From assembly GCA_973895155.1 (NCBI GenBank), contig OZ316891.1:29866331-29930330 (forward strand): 64,000 nucleotides of DNA. The letters run 5' to 3'. This DNA comes from Marsupella aquatica (Eukaryota; Plantae; Marchantiophyta). Every line of letters starts with the position of its first letter. The first letter of the stretch is position 1. The position numbers were made by a program, and so were the translations under genes. This document shows positions 38,741 through 53,290 of this stretch, in pieces. The notes under the pieces are model-generated. The model was not told where the DNA came from. It was given only the letters and a program-made list of their open reading frames with translations, and did not search any database.

Positions 38741-41700
38741 TCTGTAAACATTCCTATTTTGAATTAGAAAAAAGGGTGACAATAAGCTAGGACCAAGAGT
38801 TGATGAAGTTGGCTACCTCTGACTCCCTCCTTCCCCATTCATCGTGCCAATGTATGCATTTGGTGAGCACAAGACTGGATTTTGAAGCAAACAGTAGCAT
38901 CTTCAATGTCAACAACGTGCCACCAATGATCCATGCAAAACTTACTATGAAATTCTTGGGTTGCTTAACTTCATGCCCAACTCCCAACCATGTGCCCTAC
39001 ATTTGACAGTTTACAATCATTTCTAATGAGGAGGGCCTTTTAGCTAGGGCAAGTTATAGTAAGAGTGGGAGTAAGAACTTTAGTATGGGGAGACAAGAAA
39101 CCATTAGACATAGCCATGTAGCCCAAATAGCCAATTACAATACCTGTCCAAAAGAACTACCAGGGCGCCTGTTTCTCAGGTTTAACACATTATTCGGGTT
39201 TAAATCATTCTGCACACACAGTTTGCAGATTCATATGATAGGTAGCACGTGATACTTGACCCATTAGGTTCAATTTCCTCCTCCACCAAATGACTTTTTT
39301 TTACTGTTCCTTTCACTTAAGCAGGAAGTTCCATTGTTTTTTGAACTGTTCACATCCTTTCAGCTATTCCTTCTGCTCTCTTTCCTTCTGCCTCCCCTTG
39401 TTCAAGTGGACCCTTCTTCCTCAAGTCTTTGAGGCAAGGTGTTCTTGTTTCAATGGCTTCTGCCATACCCCTGGATTTTCACCACCTCATCCATTTGCTC
39501 AGCCCCTTGCCATTTCCCCTAAACAAAAAAAGAACTGTCCAATTAGCACTATCAAAATCTGTAGTAGTTTATCCTTGTTGTCTAGGATTGAATGTGAAGA
39601 TTGTCCAAATGAAACATTTGTCAACCTAGTGGTCCACATTATAGATGCATACTGAGTACACCAATCTTTGAAACCTTATCTTGTTAATCTCAGGGTGGGT
39701 GGTCAAGCGGAGGTGATTCCTAAAATATTCATGTTGTCAATGCATTTACTTAGATCTTAACATTTTCCACATGAGGAAATAGAACGCTCAGAACACAAGA
39801 TTCACATGATAGGATAAAATTCAAATACTGCCCCAGTCAAGGAGAAGAGTTCAAATTGCTGTTTATTCTCTCTGCCTCCTCCTCTCAGGCAGTTTCCCTC
39901 TTCCTCCTCGTTTCAGGCAGTTCCTTGTATCGTATTATTCCATGGAATAAACTTTCTTGGCCAATGGCCTTATAACAAATTATTAAAAAATGGAGGAGAA
40001 GAATTCAAATGCCAAGGCTAATAGTAAATTGTGATGGAACCAAAGCATGCAAAACAACTAAACAGATATAGATAGGCCCCATGGCCTATTTTACTGGTAT
40101 TAAGCACCAGATTTTGCTCTAGCGAGTCTCCGGCTATGTCACAATATCAAAGAACAAGAAGTGGGACAAAAGCTGTCAAGCCCTTAGACAGGATCCCAAA
40201 ATGCCTGACAACCAATAAATGGGACAAGACATAAGGGAAAACCCAGGAAAACCAAAGTCCCCCACAACAGCACAGCACCTAAAGCCCTACTCAGCAATTA
40301 TTTGGAAAACACTGCAAAGCTGAGGAGTAAACTCCATGTTGTACCTGCCACAGGTGCTAGTCACTTACAGGTAGGAACTATTTTCAAAAAATCTAAAATA
40401 TTAGAAGGAAAGTTTTCCCTTCATTGCATCTGGATCTAGATCATCTAGATCTGTATTGTGCTTTGGTTACTATAAAGAGTAAATATCCAGTCTGACAATA
40501 CCAGTTTCTATTTTAGAGTCAACAGGTCAACCAAAATCTAGTCTTAACCCTTACTAAATAAATTTACTAAAAACTAAAAATCAATGCAGGCCACACAAAT
40601 GTAGATTAAAATGTTAAATACCCATCAACAGACCCAATAGAAAGACAGCTATTTATATTTCATATACAGATCCAGTACCCAATAAACCTTTTAAATCTGA
40701 TAGATTTATAATGGGTTGGACATGCTTTTTACATTTTAGGTACTTGGCTAGGTCAACAGCTCAGTACATAACCAAACCCCGAGGGGCTGGGGATGCTCTC
40801 AGACTAGTTGCACAGCCTGAGGTTTCCCTTTAAAACAACCAAACAACAAATGGATCACATAAGAGTTCTAAGACGTTCCTAAGCTAGTTTATGATAAAAA
40901 TACCAGAATCTTGCCTCTTGCGGAAGAAAGCAGTTTTTCCTATTACGAAGGAGACAAAACTTTTTAAGCATGTTTAAAAACAGATATCCCCTATCTTGCC
41001 CAAAGTTTCACTCCTCATGTTCTTCCCAACTCGCATATCCACACTTTTGACCTGTAGTTTAGTGAAGGTAAAAGTGTTGCACAAAATTTTAAACTATTCA
41101 GGCTAATTTATGCCAGTTTGATGGTCTGTTAGGACTAGTAAAAAAAGGGTTTATTGGGATTTAGCTGAAAGAGACCCAACAAATTACTTGGCATCATGAC
41201 CAAGTGAGAAGGTGCACATAGCACAAGAGAGAAAGCATCAAACAGATTGAAGAGTTAGAGAATGTGAAAGGAAAATCAACTTAAATAGGCAGCCGAGTCC
41301 CAAGGTAGATCAGAGGATTGGGTGAAAGGCAAATTGAGTAGTAGCGTTCAAAGGAGGATGAGTTTGCTGAATTGTTAGCAAAGGGAACAGATTGTAGCTG
41401 CTATATTAAATTCTTGCCACCACTTAACTAGGGTAGAACCCTGAAGCCCTCTCACCCGCAAAACAGATAGATGAAGTTACTTACCACCAAAAGGAACAGA
41501 AAAACAAGGCCATGTTTGCAGATGAAGGTTGTGTGTGTGTGGTTGGGGGGGGGGGGGGTACAAGGTTTGCACCAGCTTACTTTTTTCAACCATTTGGGCA
41601 TGCCCATTTTTCACAACACTAACACACACTACAATGCGGCATCCAGTTTGTGCAGGACATGCACAAAAACATTAATTATTTTTTATTTCAGGAAATAACC

Positions 41701-41951
41701 CAATATGCCAAAATTCCACTATTGTTTGCAATTCAAGTGAGGTCACAATTCAGCAAACTATTGAGCACTGGCTGATTGACTACAAAACATTTGAAGTCAC
41801 TATTAAAGCTCACAATTTCAGCTTAGGATTGGTAAGTAAACTCACCTGGGAAGGGAGAGCCAATGAGGTGTGCACTTGACCTGGAATACAGGTTACTGAA
41901 ACCCTTATATTATATCGGGGCAATATAACAATTAAACTGGAATGGGGGTAG

Positions 41952-43072
41952 TATTGTAATAAGCCTCAGTTTGGGGGTTAGCCTAGTAAAAAGCTGTATT
42001 CTTAAAATTTACATTGATAAAATTTATTAGGTTTCAACATGTACCCCATGTAGTTTGTTAATGAGGCCCAAAATCCAAGTCATTATTTATCTATTGTCTG
42101 AACCCAGATGTTACTACGGGACCTAAAATAACAGAGAACTTATGCCCTCTTTGTGGCCGACTGATCTATCAGGCCATATTGTAATAAGCCTCAGTTTGCA
42201 GGTTAACCTAGTAAAAAGCTGTATTCTTAAAATTTACATTGATAAAATTTATTAGGATTCAACATGTACCCCATGTAGTTTGTTAATGGGGCCCAAAATT
42301 AAAGTCATTATTTATCTATTTTCTGAACCCAGAAGTCACTACGGGACCTAAAATAACAGAGAACTTATGCCCTCTTTGTGGCCAACTGATTGATCAGGCC
42401 ATATTGTAATAAGTCTCAGTTTGGGGGTTAACCTAGTAAAAAGCTGTATTCTTAAAATTTACATTGATAAAATTTATTAGGATTCAACATGTACCCCATG
42501 TAGTTTGTTAATGGGGCCCAAAATTAAAGTCATTATTTATCTATTGTCTGAACCCAGACATCACTACGGGACCTAAAATAACAGAGAACTTATGCCCTCT
42601 TTGTGGCCGACTGATTGATCAGGCCATATTGTAATAAGTCTCAGTTTGGGGGTTAACCTAGTAAAAGCTGTATTCTTAAAATTTACATTGATAAAATTTA
42701 TTAGGATTCAACATGTACCCCATGTAGTTTGTTAATGGGGCCCAAAATTAAAGTCATTATTTATCTATTGTCTGAACCCAGAAGTCCTTACGGGACCTAA
42801 AATAACAGAGAACTTATGCCCTCTTTGTGGCCGACTGATTGATCAGGCCATATTGTAATAAGCCTCAGTTTGGGGGTTAACCTAGTAAAAAACTGTATTC
42901 TTATAATTTACATTGATAAAATTTATGAGGATTTAACATGTACCCCATGTAGTTTGTTAATGGGGCCCAAAATTAAAGTCATTATTTATCTATTGTCTGA
43001 ACCCAGAAGTCACTAGGGGACCTAAAATAACAGAGAACTTATGCCGTCTTTGTGGCCGACTGATCGACCAGG
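41952..43072. repeat. Near-perfect tandem array, 5 x 225 bp
   Basis: TATTGTAATAAG(C/T)CTCAGTTTG starts at 41952, 42177, 42402, 42627 and 42851; few substitutions between units. Confidence 0.95.
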
Positions 43073-45607
43073 CACTCAGGCCACTTTCTTTTTGAGCTGG
43101 TGTGCAATTACTTCATGAAGAGTACGGCCTAATCAGCAGCCAGTCCAGTGCCACGAAGGTGCCATCGTGGCTCTCTGTTATTGGACAGGACTGGATAATG
43201 GGCGCCCGATATGCAGCGAAACTTTAGCGCAGAGAGTCACGCCCTCTAAAAAAGGTGGATAAGGCTACGTGGGACGTTATCTGGAAAGGTGGTCTTACCG
43301 AAGCGTATCTTTTTACTGTCTTGGAAGTTTACATTTGGGATTTTGGGTGAGAGTGGTTCTCTGGTCTCCTGGAGTTTATAGATTCTGCCATATCTTATGA
43401 TCCGTTCTAATGCCAAAGGGCCCACTCACTGTCTTGGATCAGCCATTATTTACTTTCCGCATTTTTCTCTGATCCGATCCTCGACCTCGTTTTGAGTGGC
43501 TCATATTCCCCAAATTCCACCTAGCAGAAATGTCTGGCTTCCCCACTTTTGGTGAAAAAATTGCCAGGGATTAGCCCTGATACTTGTGTGTATGCAGGGG
43601 AAGGCACCTTGTACCCAGACTCAAATATCTACAGTAGGTGCTGGCAAGGAAGGGCTCACTGTATCTAGACTTGACATGCCCATGCTAGCTCACACGCATG
43701 ATCTATCAAAATTTTCTGCTAAGGGAGAAATCATGGTCTATAACTTCACTCTACCATGTTGGTCATGAAGAGCATAATTGAATCACAAAGTACAGTGTAG
43801 ATTTTTCTCTGATCCAGATAGGAAACAGAAGCCCTCATTGACTTGAATGTTTGGCAAAATGCCAGATGGACCAGCAAAACATAAATAGATTGCAGAAACG
43901 AGTTTGTCAATTTAGATAGCATTAGCTAAAGAAGATCCAGTCTTTTCTGGTCAGTAGTAGCCTGGTCCATCCAAGTTACAAGGTTCATGGGAGTGGTTAA
44001 TCCGAGCATTAGTTAATTTCAAAATTAGCCAAATCCCACCTGGCTGAAAAGTCTTAGCCACTTCTTCAACTTTTGGTCTTGGATCAGCCAGTTTCCCGCC
44101 TAACTGCACACCCCATTAGCCCAAATTTGACCGCCAGCCTTGAATTTAATTACATATGTCAAAAATCTACCTAGGATAAAGAATGTTTTGGCATGGTCTC
44201 TTGTACACAAGGTGTCACTCGCCACCTGGCACAAAAGAAAAACCCGTAGAAATTACCTTGCAGATTCTCTCTTCAGGTTGGACACGATTGAGCCTCCTCC
44301 CATCCAAAACAAAAGAATGTTCGAAACCCTGTGCCCCAAATTTTACATCCCTTTTGGGACGTACAGTACAACCTTTTTGGAAGCTTCGAAAAGGACATGG
44401 AAAAAGTCACATTTTGAATGTTTTTTGGGGGGAGGGAAGGAACTTTATTGTGGGAAATTTTGCCAAATCACTTAAAAGTATTCGCCATAAATTTTGTCTT
44501 CCAGTATCCCACCTAGCCACAGATCCCACTAGGTAGAGTCTGACGTTATCCTGAATATAGGGGGATCTAACGGTCAGAAATTAGTCCAGTAAACAAGGAA
44601 TATTACCAGCATCTTCTCGTCACACAATGTGACATTGGCCACCCTGGCTGAAAAGAAAGAAACCTTAAAAAGTACCCATATTGTCACGATTCGACATACT
44701 CCTATCCAAAACAAACTAATGTTGGAAACCCCTGTGTCCCAAGTTTTACATCGCTTTCGGAACAACCTTTTTGGAAGCTTCGCAAACCATTAAGAAAACG
44801 ACACAATTTTTTTTTGGGGGGGGGAGGGGGTCTCTTCGGTTATTTTCTATTCTCCGTTTTTAAAAATATCTTAAACAAGAGCCCCAAAATAACCGGCGAT
44901 GACAAAGTAAATCAAATACAGATGTTTATGGAATAGCTGTTTAACGATGTTCAACATGTACAGGTGACTGGTAAAGAGGAAATATTGACAAACATTGACT
45001 GCATGTCTGGGGGGCTTCCAAACTTGTTTTTACGTGCTTTGCTAAACCCTATCTATGTGTACTGTTGCGCCAGATGACGATATCTGAACTTGCTTTCCTT
45101 GCCCCTCTATCATCTACTTTGGTTTGCTCAAAATGGAGACTATACTCTGTGTCATCAACTTTGGTCTGTGTATAGTATAGTCCTGTTCACACAGCATGGG
45201 TGTACCATAATTGCCCAAAAATGACAGCTTCAGCTCGAGCTTTGAGTGGTTGTTATTGCCCATAATGTCCTGGTAACAATACTTTAATACACTTCAACAA
45301 CTTAAGAGACTTTTATTTCTATTAATTTAGTTAAAAACTGAGGAGAATTGTCATATTGAATTTATCAAAGTTGACTCTGCGTTTTTCTCCAATAATGCTC
45401 TGAAAATTATAAAGAGAAAAATCATGAAGGCAGTGAAGAGACACAAATGGCAGGGACAAGTGGGGAGCCCATCAGAGCACTCTCACCTGTGTGCCATTGA
45501 GCGTGACTGAGAGAGAATACAACAGGTTCACCACACAGGCCCATTGCTGGAACGCCCACTGTGCCCTGCCATCGCACCCATATCGCAGCCCAGCATTTTG
45601 TCCTCCT

Positions 45608-45706
45608 GAGACAGGCAGTCCTCTGCTCTAGATGCTAGTGCAACAAAGTCCCCCAAGACAGGCAGTCCTCTGCTCTAGATGCTAGTGCAACAAAGTCCCC
45701 CAAGAC
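45608..45706. repeat. Tandem duplication, 2 x ~47 bp
   Basis: AGACAGGCAGTCCTCTGCTCTAGATGCTAGTGCAACAAAGTCCCC occurs twice. Confidence 0.85.
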
Positions 45707-48700
45707 ATACTGGTCACGACCACAGTAGACTCTCTCAACTTTTGATTGAAGGCCTCTGCATTTTCTCTGGCTAGTACACTTTGAGGCTTTTTTAGCTTTT
45801 CTCATGGTGTTAGGTGAGACTGACCAGTTTTGGTGCTGGTTTGGTGACTGAGGAAGGCAGAAGGGGTGGGGAACTGAAAGCACCCTTCAAGAACCTAAAT
45901 GGCCTGGCATCTCACCTGCTCGCCAAATCTCCCCTATGGCAGGGCCATTTGGTGTGCACCAGTCAGGGTGCCCATAACTCTTATTTGAGCGCTGGTGAGC
46001 ACCGGTCAGGGTGCCCATAACTCTTATTTGAGCAGTGAGCATTATTTTTCTCCATGCAGTGTAATGTGTGCCAGATGCTGTTTTACTTAGTAATAGAATA
46101 TGCCTTTATGAGAAAGGAAGATTCCCTGGCATGTGAAGGAGCAGGAACATCCTCGCCCATGCACACATACATGCATGGACGCCACTGCCGCTCCCATTGG
46201 ATGGATGACTCTCCCATCTATGCCTCCATGGCCCCATGCAGACACCACTGTCGTCTCATTGGCTGCACTTTCTATTCTTGTCCTCTTTTCCAAGGACAAA
46301 ACTTTGGTCGCGGTTCAACCGTTTCATTTTCCATAGTACTTCTAGAAACAGTGCTTTCCCTCATAATACTTTTACGGTCAAACTACAACTCGAAAAGGTT
46401 CCCACACATTTCTGCTTGGGCCATAAACCGCAGCAAGTTATAATAACAAGAGGAAGCTGATTTAGACCAGATTACCAGAAGGACGGAATTAGGATAAACT
46501 TTGTATTAAGTAAGTGAGCATCGTTATCTGTATGTAGTACGAGGGTATTTTTTATTGATTATTTTGGTCCTTCATCTGTTTGTGTACTGTAGTACTGGTA
46601 TGGATTCACTGTCCCACGGACTCCATGTCACCACTTTATGGCAAACTTTCAGATTATTGGCAGCCTTAGATTCGTGCCATGTTGCCTCTGGAAAAATGAT
46701 ACTAGGTTTGAGCATTTTGTTTTCTCAAGTCTACGAAAGTGGTCATTTCAAACAAGCAACCTATGACACGTTAACAATAAGACATCGTATGCTTAGGGAT
46801 GCCTTAACAATGGAGACCACGTTACGATAAGACACTTATGCCAACACGATTAGGATGACTTAAGAATATAAAGCACGTGGAGGTGACTGCTTCTGTCTAT
46901 CTCCTCTTTCTTGCTTTGCAAAGTATGCAAAGCTTGTTGGACAAGAACTATCTCAGGCTGGAAGTACCATGAAGTACGATAGAAACCAACCTAATGTTTG
47001 AGCATGTTTTGGCTAATAACGGCTAGCATGACTAAGCTAGCCACAGAAGACTTGTCCAATACTTAAAAAAAAAATTGTTTCACAAGATGCGTGTCACTGC
47101 CACCCACAAGTGGAAATTACTATGTTCCCTTCAAAATGCATGAGAAAACACTTCACACGACTCATCCTAGTCATAAGGTTGTTTCTTGGCAAGAAAGAAA
47201 CTCACATTTATAAACTGAATCATGACAAGTACAAACTGATGAATCTTCTTTTGTACTTTTTGTTTGGACTCTCGCCCTTCTCTTGTGGAAATGAAGTTTG
47301 TGGGCTCTGTCCTTTTTCCTTTAAAAAAAGGTTTTTATATCTTTTTTTTGTCTTGAAAATCAAGAGAGCAGGCCCATTCAACAGAGGATAGACCTCCTAC
47401 TTTGGAGCATGCCTTTCTATATCTTGAAAGCTTCAAAAGACTTGATTGCAAAATGAAAGAACCAACAAGTGGGGGCCATTCCTACAGAATACGACCCAAA
47501 ATAGAATTTAACTTCCAATATCGATGAGTCATGGCAGTCCTGAATGCAACATAGGGACCAGTCCGGACAGAGGAAACCATCCAATTTTAAGACCCTACCT
47601 GTTCACCCTACTTAGTGTTACTCACACTAATTCTCGCCCACTAAATTTTGGCCTTCCCATGAATTAGTGTTATATAAATAAAAAATTCATGCATTTTAAA
47701 CAATTGGTTTTTCACCCAATGGAAAGAAGGTGGGTGCCCCTCTTTAAGAGTGGAAATCCTTGGCCCTAACATGCATAAATTAGTGTAGAGAAGCTTTATT
47801 CTCTTATTCTAACAGTATTGTGGGGGTGTACTATCCCAGATTCAAAGGATGAAATGAGAAAAGTGCCAGACAGTGCCCCCAGAAAAAATAAAAAAATTAC
47901 AACCCATGCATGTAATATTTTGGAAACTTGGAAAGCAAGCATTTCCTAGCGTGTTAGGGAAGCTACTCATTCTACTCATGAATGAGCATGCGAGAAAGGC
48001 TATGTCATTTAAAAGGAATTTATGTTATTAACATCCAAAAATCTGGGTACAAGCGCGAAGTGCAAGCTGAAACCAGGGCACTACAAAGAAATTGCATAGC
48101 TCTTAATTTTTTTTCCAGAAATTGTATAACGCTGAAAAATATTCAATTGGAGAAAATGTTATCCCAGTGGGGTTTTTCTCTTGTTTTCTCCCCATTCTTG
48201 GGTTTCCTGCTTTGACATCTTATCCTTCCGTTTGACGTTTTTTGTTCGTTAGCAGTAAGAGATATGTATCAAGTATCCAAGAGCCGAAATTCAATCTTGC
48301 TCTATCCTACCCCCCATTGTACGGTTGAATTTAACTATTGAATATGAGGTACAGGACAACTTACTGGGGTTCACCTCCAAGGTGAGCCGTGAACACTGAT
48401 TTTTTTGCAACTGATGGCGATGCAACACATACAAAAAGGTAAGGTAAGTTAAATTTCAAGCAAGAGGGGACAGATGGGGAGAAAGACCTAGCTAGGGCCT
48501 TGTGGGTCAACAAGTCTAGATATAAGATCTCAAGGAGCCAGTCTATTTAGGGCCTTGAGTGCGAAACCGCCCATGTTAAGTTATTGTGTGGCTGGGTGGG
48601 CGGCTGCTAGAAGATGGTGGCAACGTGAGGCGCTCTCTCACATGATTTCACACTGCAGCTAATTGGCGACCCATCCAAAAGGTGGGCTGGATATAGTAGT

Positions 48701-49781
48701 TGATCGAGCATCCCTTTATCTGCTTTGCCCACCAAAACAAATTGGGTGTTTATCCCAATATCTCGAATAGTCTCGAACGTACTTTGGCCAGGTGGATAAG
48801 ATAGAATAACTATTATTTTGGCGGCTTTGGCTCCACCATTTGGCTTGGCTGACAGCAACAAAAGCAAACAAATGCAATCAATGATCAGTTTCATGTCTAG
48901 ATTTAAAAGACTATTGCAATCATCCCCTTCTCCAGGAAAGGGAAACAGGCTTGTCCTTTTTATTAGAGCCAGGTGCCACCTTCATCCTGTCCTAATTTTT
49001 ATTGTGCTTTGCTCCTCCTGCAGTAAAATTCCTTTGCAAGACAAAAGAAGCGAAGGGCATAGTCCCACCTCAAGCTCTGTGCCTTGACATAAACTGGTGG
49101 TCCTCCACGTCAGCACCCCAATACCCTATTGGTAGCCACTCTTGGTTGACGAGTCCATGTTACTCACCCCTCCACTTCTCAAATACTATTTTACATAGTC
49201 GAGCGAGTCCTCAAGTAGAGTCTTGGAGTTCAAACACGATGCTGCTCAGTCAAAGATTTAAATGTCAATCATCCTTCCACTGCCTCCTTAAGCCATCCCA
49301 CCTGGCCATGTCTGTCTGGTCTTCAGTTACAATTGCGTGCAAGTGTGTAATGTACTTGCATTCCTCGTGTGCACCACCAGCAATGGCTATAGTCTCTTTG
49401 TAACACAATGGGAGAATTATCCCATAAATATATGCTTTTAGGTACCTCTCACGGCAGGCCAGCCCAACCCTAATTTGGGAACTATTGGTAGCCACTTAAG
49501 GTATGCTGCACAGCATTTGAATGATGCCAAGAAGCTTGGCTCATGGTCTATGCATCATTGGTTGACCCAGTTTTAGTTGGGGCAAGTCAGTGGTTCGTGA
49601 AGTAGGTGTGTACCATTTCAACGTGTATCAAGGAGTTCATGTCCTCAACAACTAAGTTTCCTTTCTTTAAGTTGAAGGTGATGGTGCACCAAATGTATTC
49701 CAAGAAGTCCGTGATGCAAACCAATGGGCACAGATAACACAGTCCAAGGGGCCTATAACAGACACCAGCCTACCCCGCAGC

Positions 49782-50066
49782 CCCAGGGTCCTCACTTCTT
49801 CTCTTTCGACCCATCCCGTGCAAAGAAGTTTGGGGTTTTTTAATTTGATTGTGCGAACGACTTCAAGTTTTTGTTGAAGAAATATAGAGGTGTTTTAATC
49901 TAATTTTGAGAATTATAAGAAATATATTCCAGAATCCCAGAATATTCCATAAATTTTGGGATTTGAAATAGTAAAAATTTACTGTATTTTCTTAAGTTCT
50001 AGAGTTGTTTATTACTTGAAAATTTTGGGCGTGATATGAGATCTCTCTTGGAGTGAGGCCCCTGAG
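49782..50066. mobile_element. Diverged relative of the 38271-38566 MITE, with its right end tandemly duplicated
   Basis: CCCAGGGTCCTCACT ... AGTGAGGCCCCTGAG (13/15 inverted match); similar length and shared internal GAATATTCCA tracts; 45-bp duplication at 50031-50121. No TSD recognised. Confidence 0.55.
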
Positions 50067-50629
50067 CACAACAAAGTGATATGAGATCTCTCTTGGAGCG
50101 GGGGCCCCCGAGCACAACAAAGTGCCCGAGAAATACCAACCTGGGTCACCAGATGAAAACCTTGGGCTTGGAACTAGTTTCTAAAACCTACCAGTTTTCC
50201 TACTTGAACAAATAAGTGGTTTCTAGTTATTTCCACTCTTCTTTTGGCTTGTGTGTACACCTTGGATCCCAACTCTTAGCCTGACTTCTTCTGACTTATT
50301 TTGTTGGTTGAGCCATGAAATTATCTTTCAATTTGTTTTGAGCCTCAGTTTTACAGGTCCTTGAACCTTCCACAAAAGAGTACCAAAACATCTACACACC
50401 TCACATACGATAAAAGATTCCAGCACTCACATGGCACAAAACTATTTCTTGCAAAAAGCCATCTGTTTCCTGGCAGCATTCACGAATTGGGTCGTGTCAA
50501 GAGTTACCGCCCCGTTTGGCAGCATGTCAAAAATGGATTCGGTCCCCACAATCGGATTGTCGTGAAGCTCTGTGGGCCACCATCTTAGTTGTCTCCATTG
50601 GCGATAACAAGCTGAGCTTCGTCCCTTTG

Positions 50630-50975
50630 ATTCTGGTCAGGTTCTACCAATCCCCTTCTTCAGCAGGACTCTCATCCTTTCAATCGGATGCAAGTGATTT
50701 TGGTCAGGTTCTACCAATCCTCTTCTTGAACAGGACTTCCATCTTTCCTCTCAGGATGACACGGTGATTCTGGTCAGGTTCGACCAATCCTTTCTTCAAC
50801 AAGACTCTCAGCATCGTTCCTCCTAGGATGACAGTGATTCGGTGATTCTGGACAGGTTCTACCAATCCTCTTCTTCAACAGGAGAGCCATCTTTCCTCTC
50901 AGGATGAGAGTGATACTGCTCAGGTTCTACCAATCCTCCACTCCATCGAGGACACTCGTTCTCTCTCAGGATGAA
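50630..50975. repeat. Minisatellite, ~5 units of ~68 bp
   Basis: GATTCTGGTCAGGTTCTACCAATCC..TTCTTC.ACAGGAC..TCAGGATG recurs about five times. Confidence 0.85.
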
Positions 50976-52624
50976 AGTGTAGAAGAGCATTCCCCTGGTT
51001 TTCTGTACAAGTACGTGGAGTCCGAATTACTTTAGAGCAATGGTGGATTTCAGTATTTAGACTAGGCCATAGTCACCGGGTCCCTGAGAATTGGCGTCCT
51101 ATCCACAGTGGCAAATCTCGTCCCCATAGTTGTGGCAACGCATCAGTGGTACATGACAAAGCCCAACGAATGCCCGATGAGAGGAGATTCTGCAGTAACT
51201 GGATTTGGTGAAACGTGGGAATCGAACAAAGACGTCGCCAACAAGTATTTCTTCCGCTGTCTGTAGCCTGAGCTGGGAGAAGCACTCCTACTTTCGTTGG
51301 CCATCTGATTGTCCACATCGATTGTGGCAATATACATACTACTGTACACGTCAACCTTTACCTTGCTTCCCAAGGAGTACACAGTAGATAACAACTCCAT
51401 ATCTTAAATTCCGTCAAGATATGTCGCTTTGTATTTTCCTGTATTTTATGGACGAGAATGCCCATCACAACTTGTGCAACGACAATTCGAGATTTGTCCT
51501 GAACTTGGCTCTTGGCAGGTAAATGAAAATATCAGATTAGCATGAAATTTGGGTTCCTTAAACTGAGAGGAAAAAAGAGAAAAATAAAAGAAACAAATAT
51601 AGTGCAAATTATTTTAGGAGTATATTTCTACCTTGTTACCAGGAAAAATACTAGCCCTTGAAACTAGGGGGAACATTATAGCCCACAATGCCAAGTAAAC
51701 AATGGCTACATACAAATTTCCTTAGAAACATAAGGTTTGAAGCAAAATAGTGAATAAGATATAGCATGTTCATCTTGGAACTTACTTCAGTTGTTTCTAT
51801 CTGGTAGCAATCAAACCAAAATTATAATCTATCTTAACTTAATGAGCTGTAAGATAATGTTTTTCTTAAAACCACTTATATTTACTATGGTCATGCCCTT
51901 GAGCTACGCAGGGGACTTGGGAGGAAGAGCCGGCACAGAATGAGTAGCACTTAATATGGATAGGGATCACTACATTGTTAGAGGATTGACTTCAGTGTTC
52001 TGGACAACTCCTCTCACTAGCAGTCGCATTCCCTGATCAAGGTGAATGAGACTGTTCACCCCTTCTATAAATTAGTTTTGGCTTCATGTCATGTCTGTGT
52101 TTTGGTTGTTAACCCTGATCCACTTCAGATCTTAGGCTATTTCTGGGTGATATTGGGCCCTCCTGTGGTTTAGGGGACTGTAGTGCTTGGTTAACATGTG
52201 CCTTGGCCGGTCTGTGTTCTCTTTGCCTTGCTGGTCTTAGCAGCTTGTTTGGAATTTGTTGTGCCCACTGTTTCAAAATAAAGAGTTATGAGAACAGCCT
52301 AATGGTACGAGCTTGGACTTGTTTCGAAGAAGTCTGTTGTTGATTCCTGGATTGCCCAAATTTGGGAATGTTTTATTTACCATATTCATCCAATCGCAGT
52401 TAAATCTACGTCATGTGTACAACCAGAACATAAACCAAGACACATGTAGTTCAAATCACTTGATTTTGTAGATGATAAATACAATGTATTGGTTTATGTT
52501 CTGGTGTACCGAAAGCAAGTGGATTTAACACTCAGTTTTATCCAGACGAACTAAATGGGCTCTCAGCACATGTTTTCAGAAACAGGAAAGTTAATGGGAT
52601 GATAAATAAATTGAGAAATTATAC

Positions 52625-53290
52625 TTGATGGACCCCATCTTTGGTCTGGATCACTCATGGGGTCCATCAAATAACACTTTTTATGTTACTTTTTATGCTG
52701 AGGGTCCATCAAGTATATCTCTCTCTTTTTCCTGGTGAATGGATCATGAACCAAACCAGAATCATGCCTTGACAAAAATTCATGGGGTCCGCCAAGTTAC
52801 ACTTTTCATGATGAGGGTCCATCAAAGTATATCTCTTTGCCTTTCCTGGTGAATGGATCATAAACCAAACCAGAATCATGAGGGTCCATCAAGTAACACT
52901 TTTGAGGGTCCATCAAATATATCTCTCTGCTTTTTCTGGTGGATGATGGATCATGAACCAAACCAGATTCATGCCTTGACAAAGCATGGCTCAAAGTTAC
53001 TCACCATTGTGGCTGTTCCTCACTGAAGTGAGAAGGCACCTTAGAAGAGTATTATCTAAGGTTGAGAATGGATTTCTCCATCGATGGCTGGCAAACCAGA
53101 ATCAAGCCCTGACGAACATGACTAGAAGCTCCTCACCATTGTCGCAGTTCCTCACTGAAGTGAAATAGGTACATATAAGCTTGAAATTGAATTTCTCTAT
53201 TGATGGCTTGCAAACCAGAATCATGCCCTGACAAAATGGATTAGAAATTCTTCACCATTGCAGCAGTTCCTCACTCACGTGAAATAGGTA
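52625..53290. repeat. Cluster of degenerate local repeats
   Basis: GGGTCCATCAA, GGATCATGAACCAAACCAGAATCATG and CACCATTG..GTTCCTCACT each recur 3-5 times. Confidence 0.7.

Noticed and set aside
38787-39700. Possible degraded hAT-like transposase remnant
   Set aside because: Resemblance is faint and the frames are too broken to support a call without a search.
41952-43072. CRISPR or RNA-gene cluster
   Set aside because: Units are contiguous 225-bp repeats without spacers, and I recognise no 5S, tRNA or snRNA motifs.
48600-49780. Possible highly degraded LINE fragment
   Set aside because: Only weak similarity (LRGRL..., W-rich stretches) and no diagnostic RT motif found.
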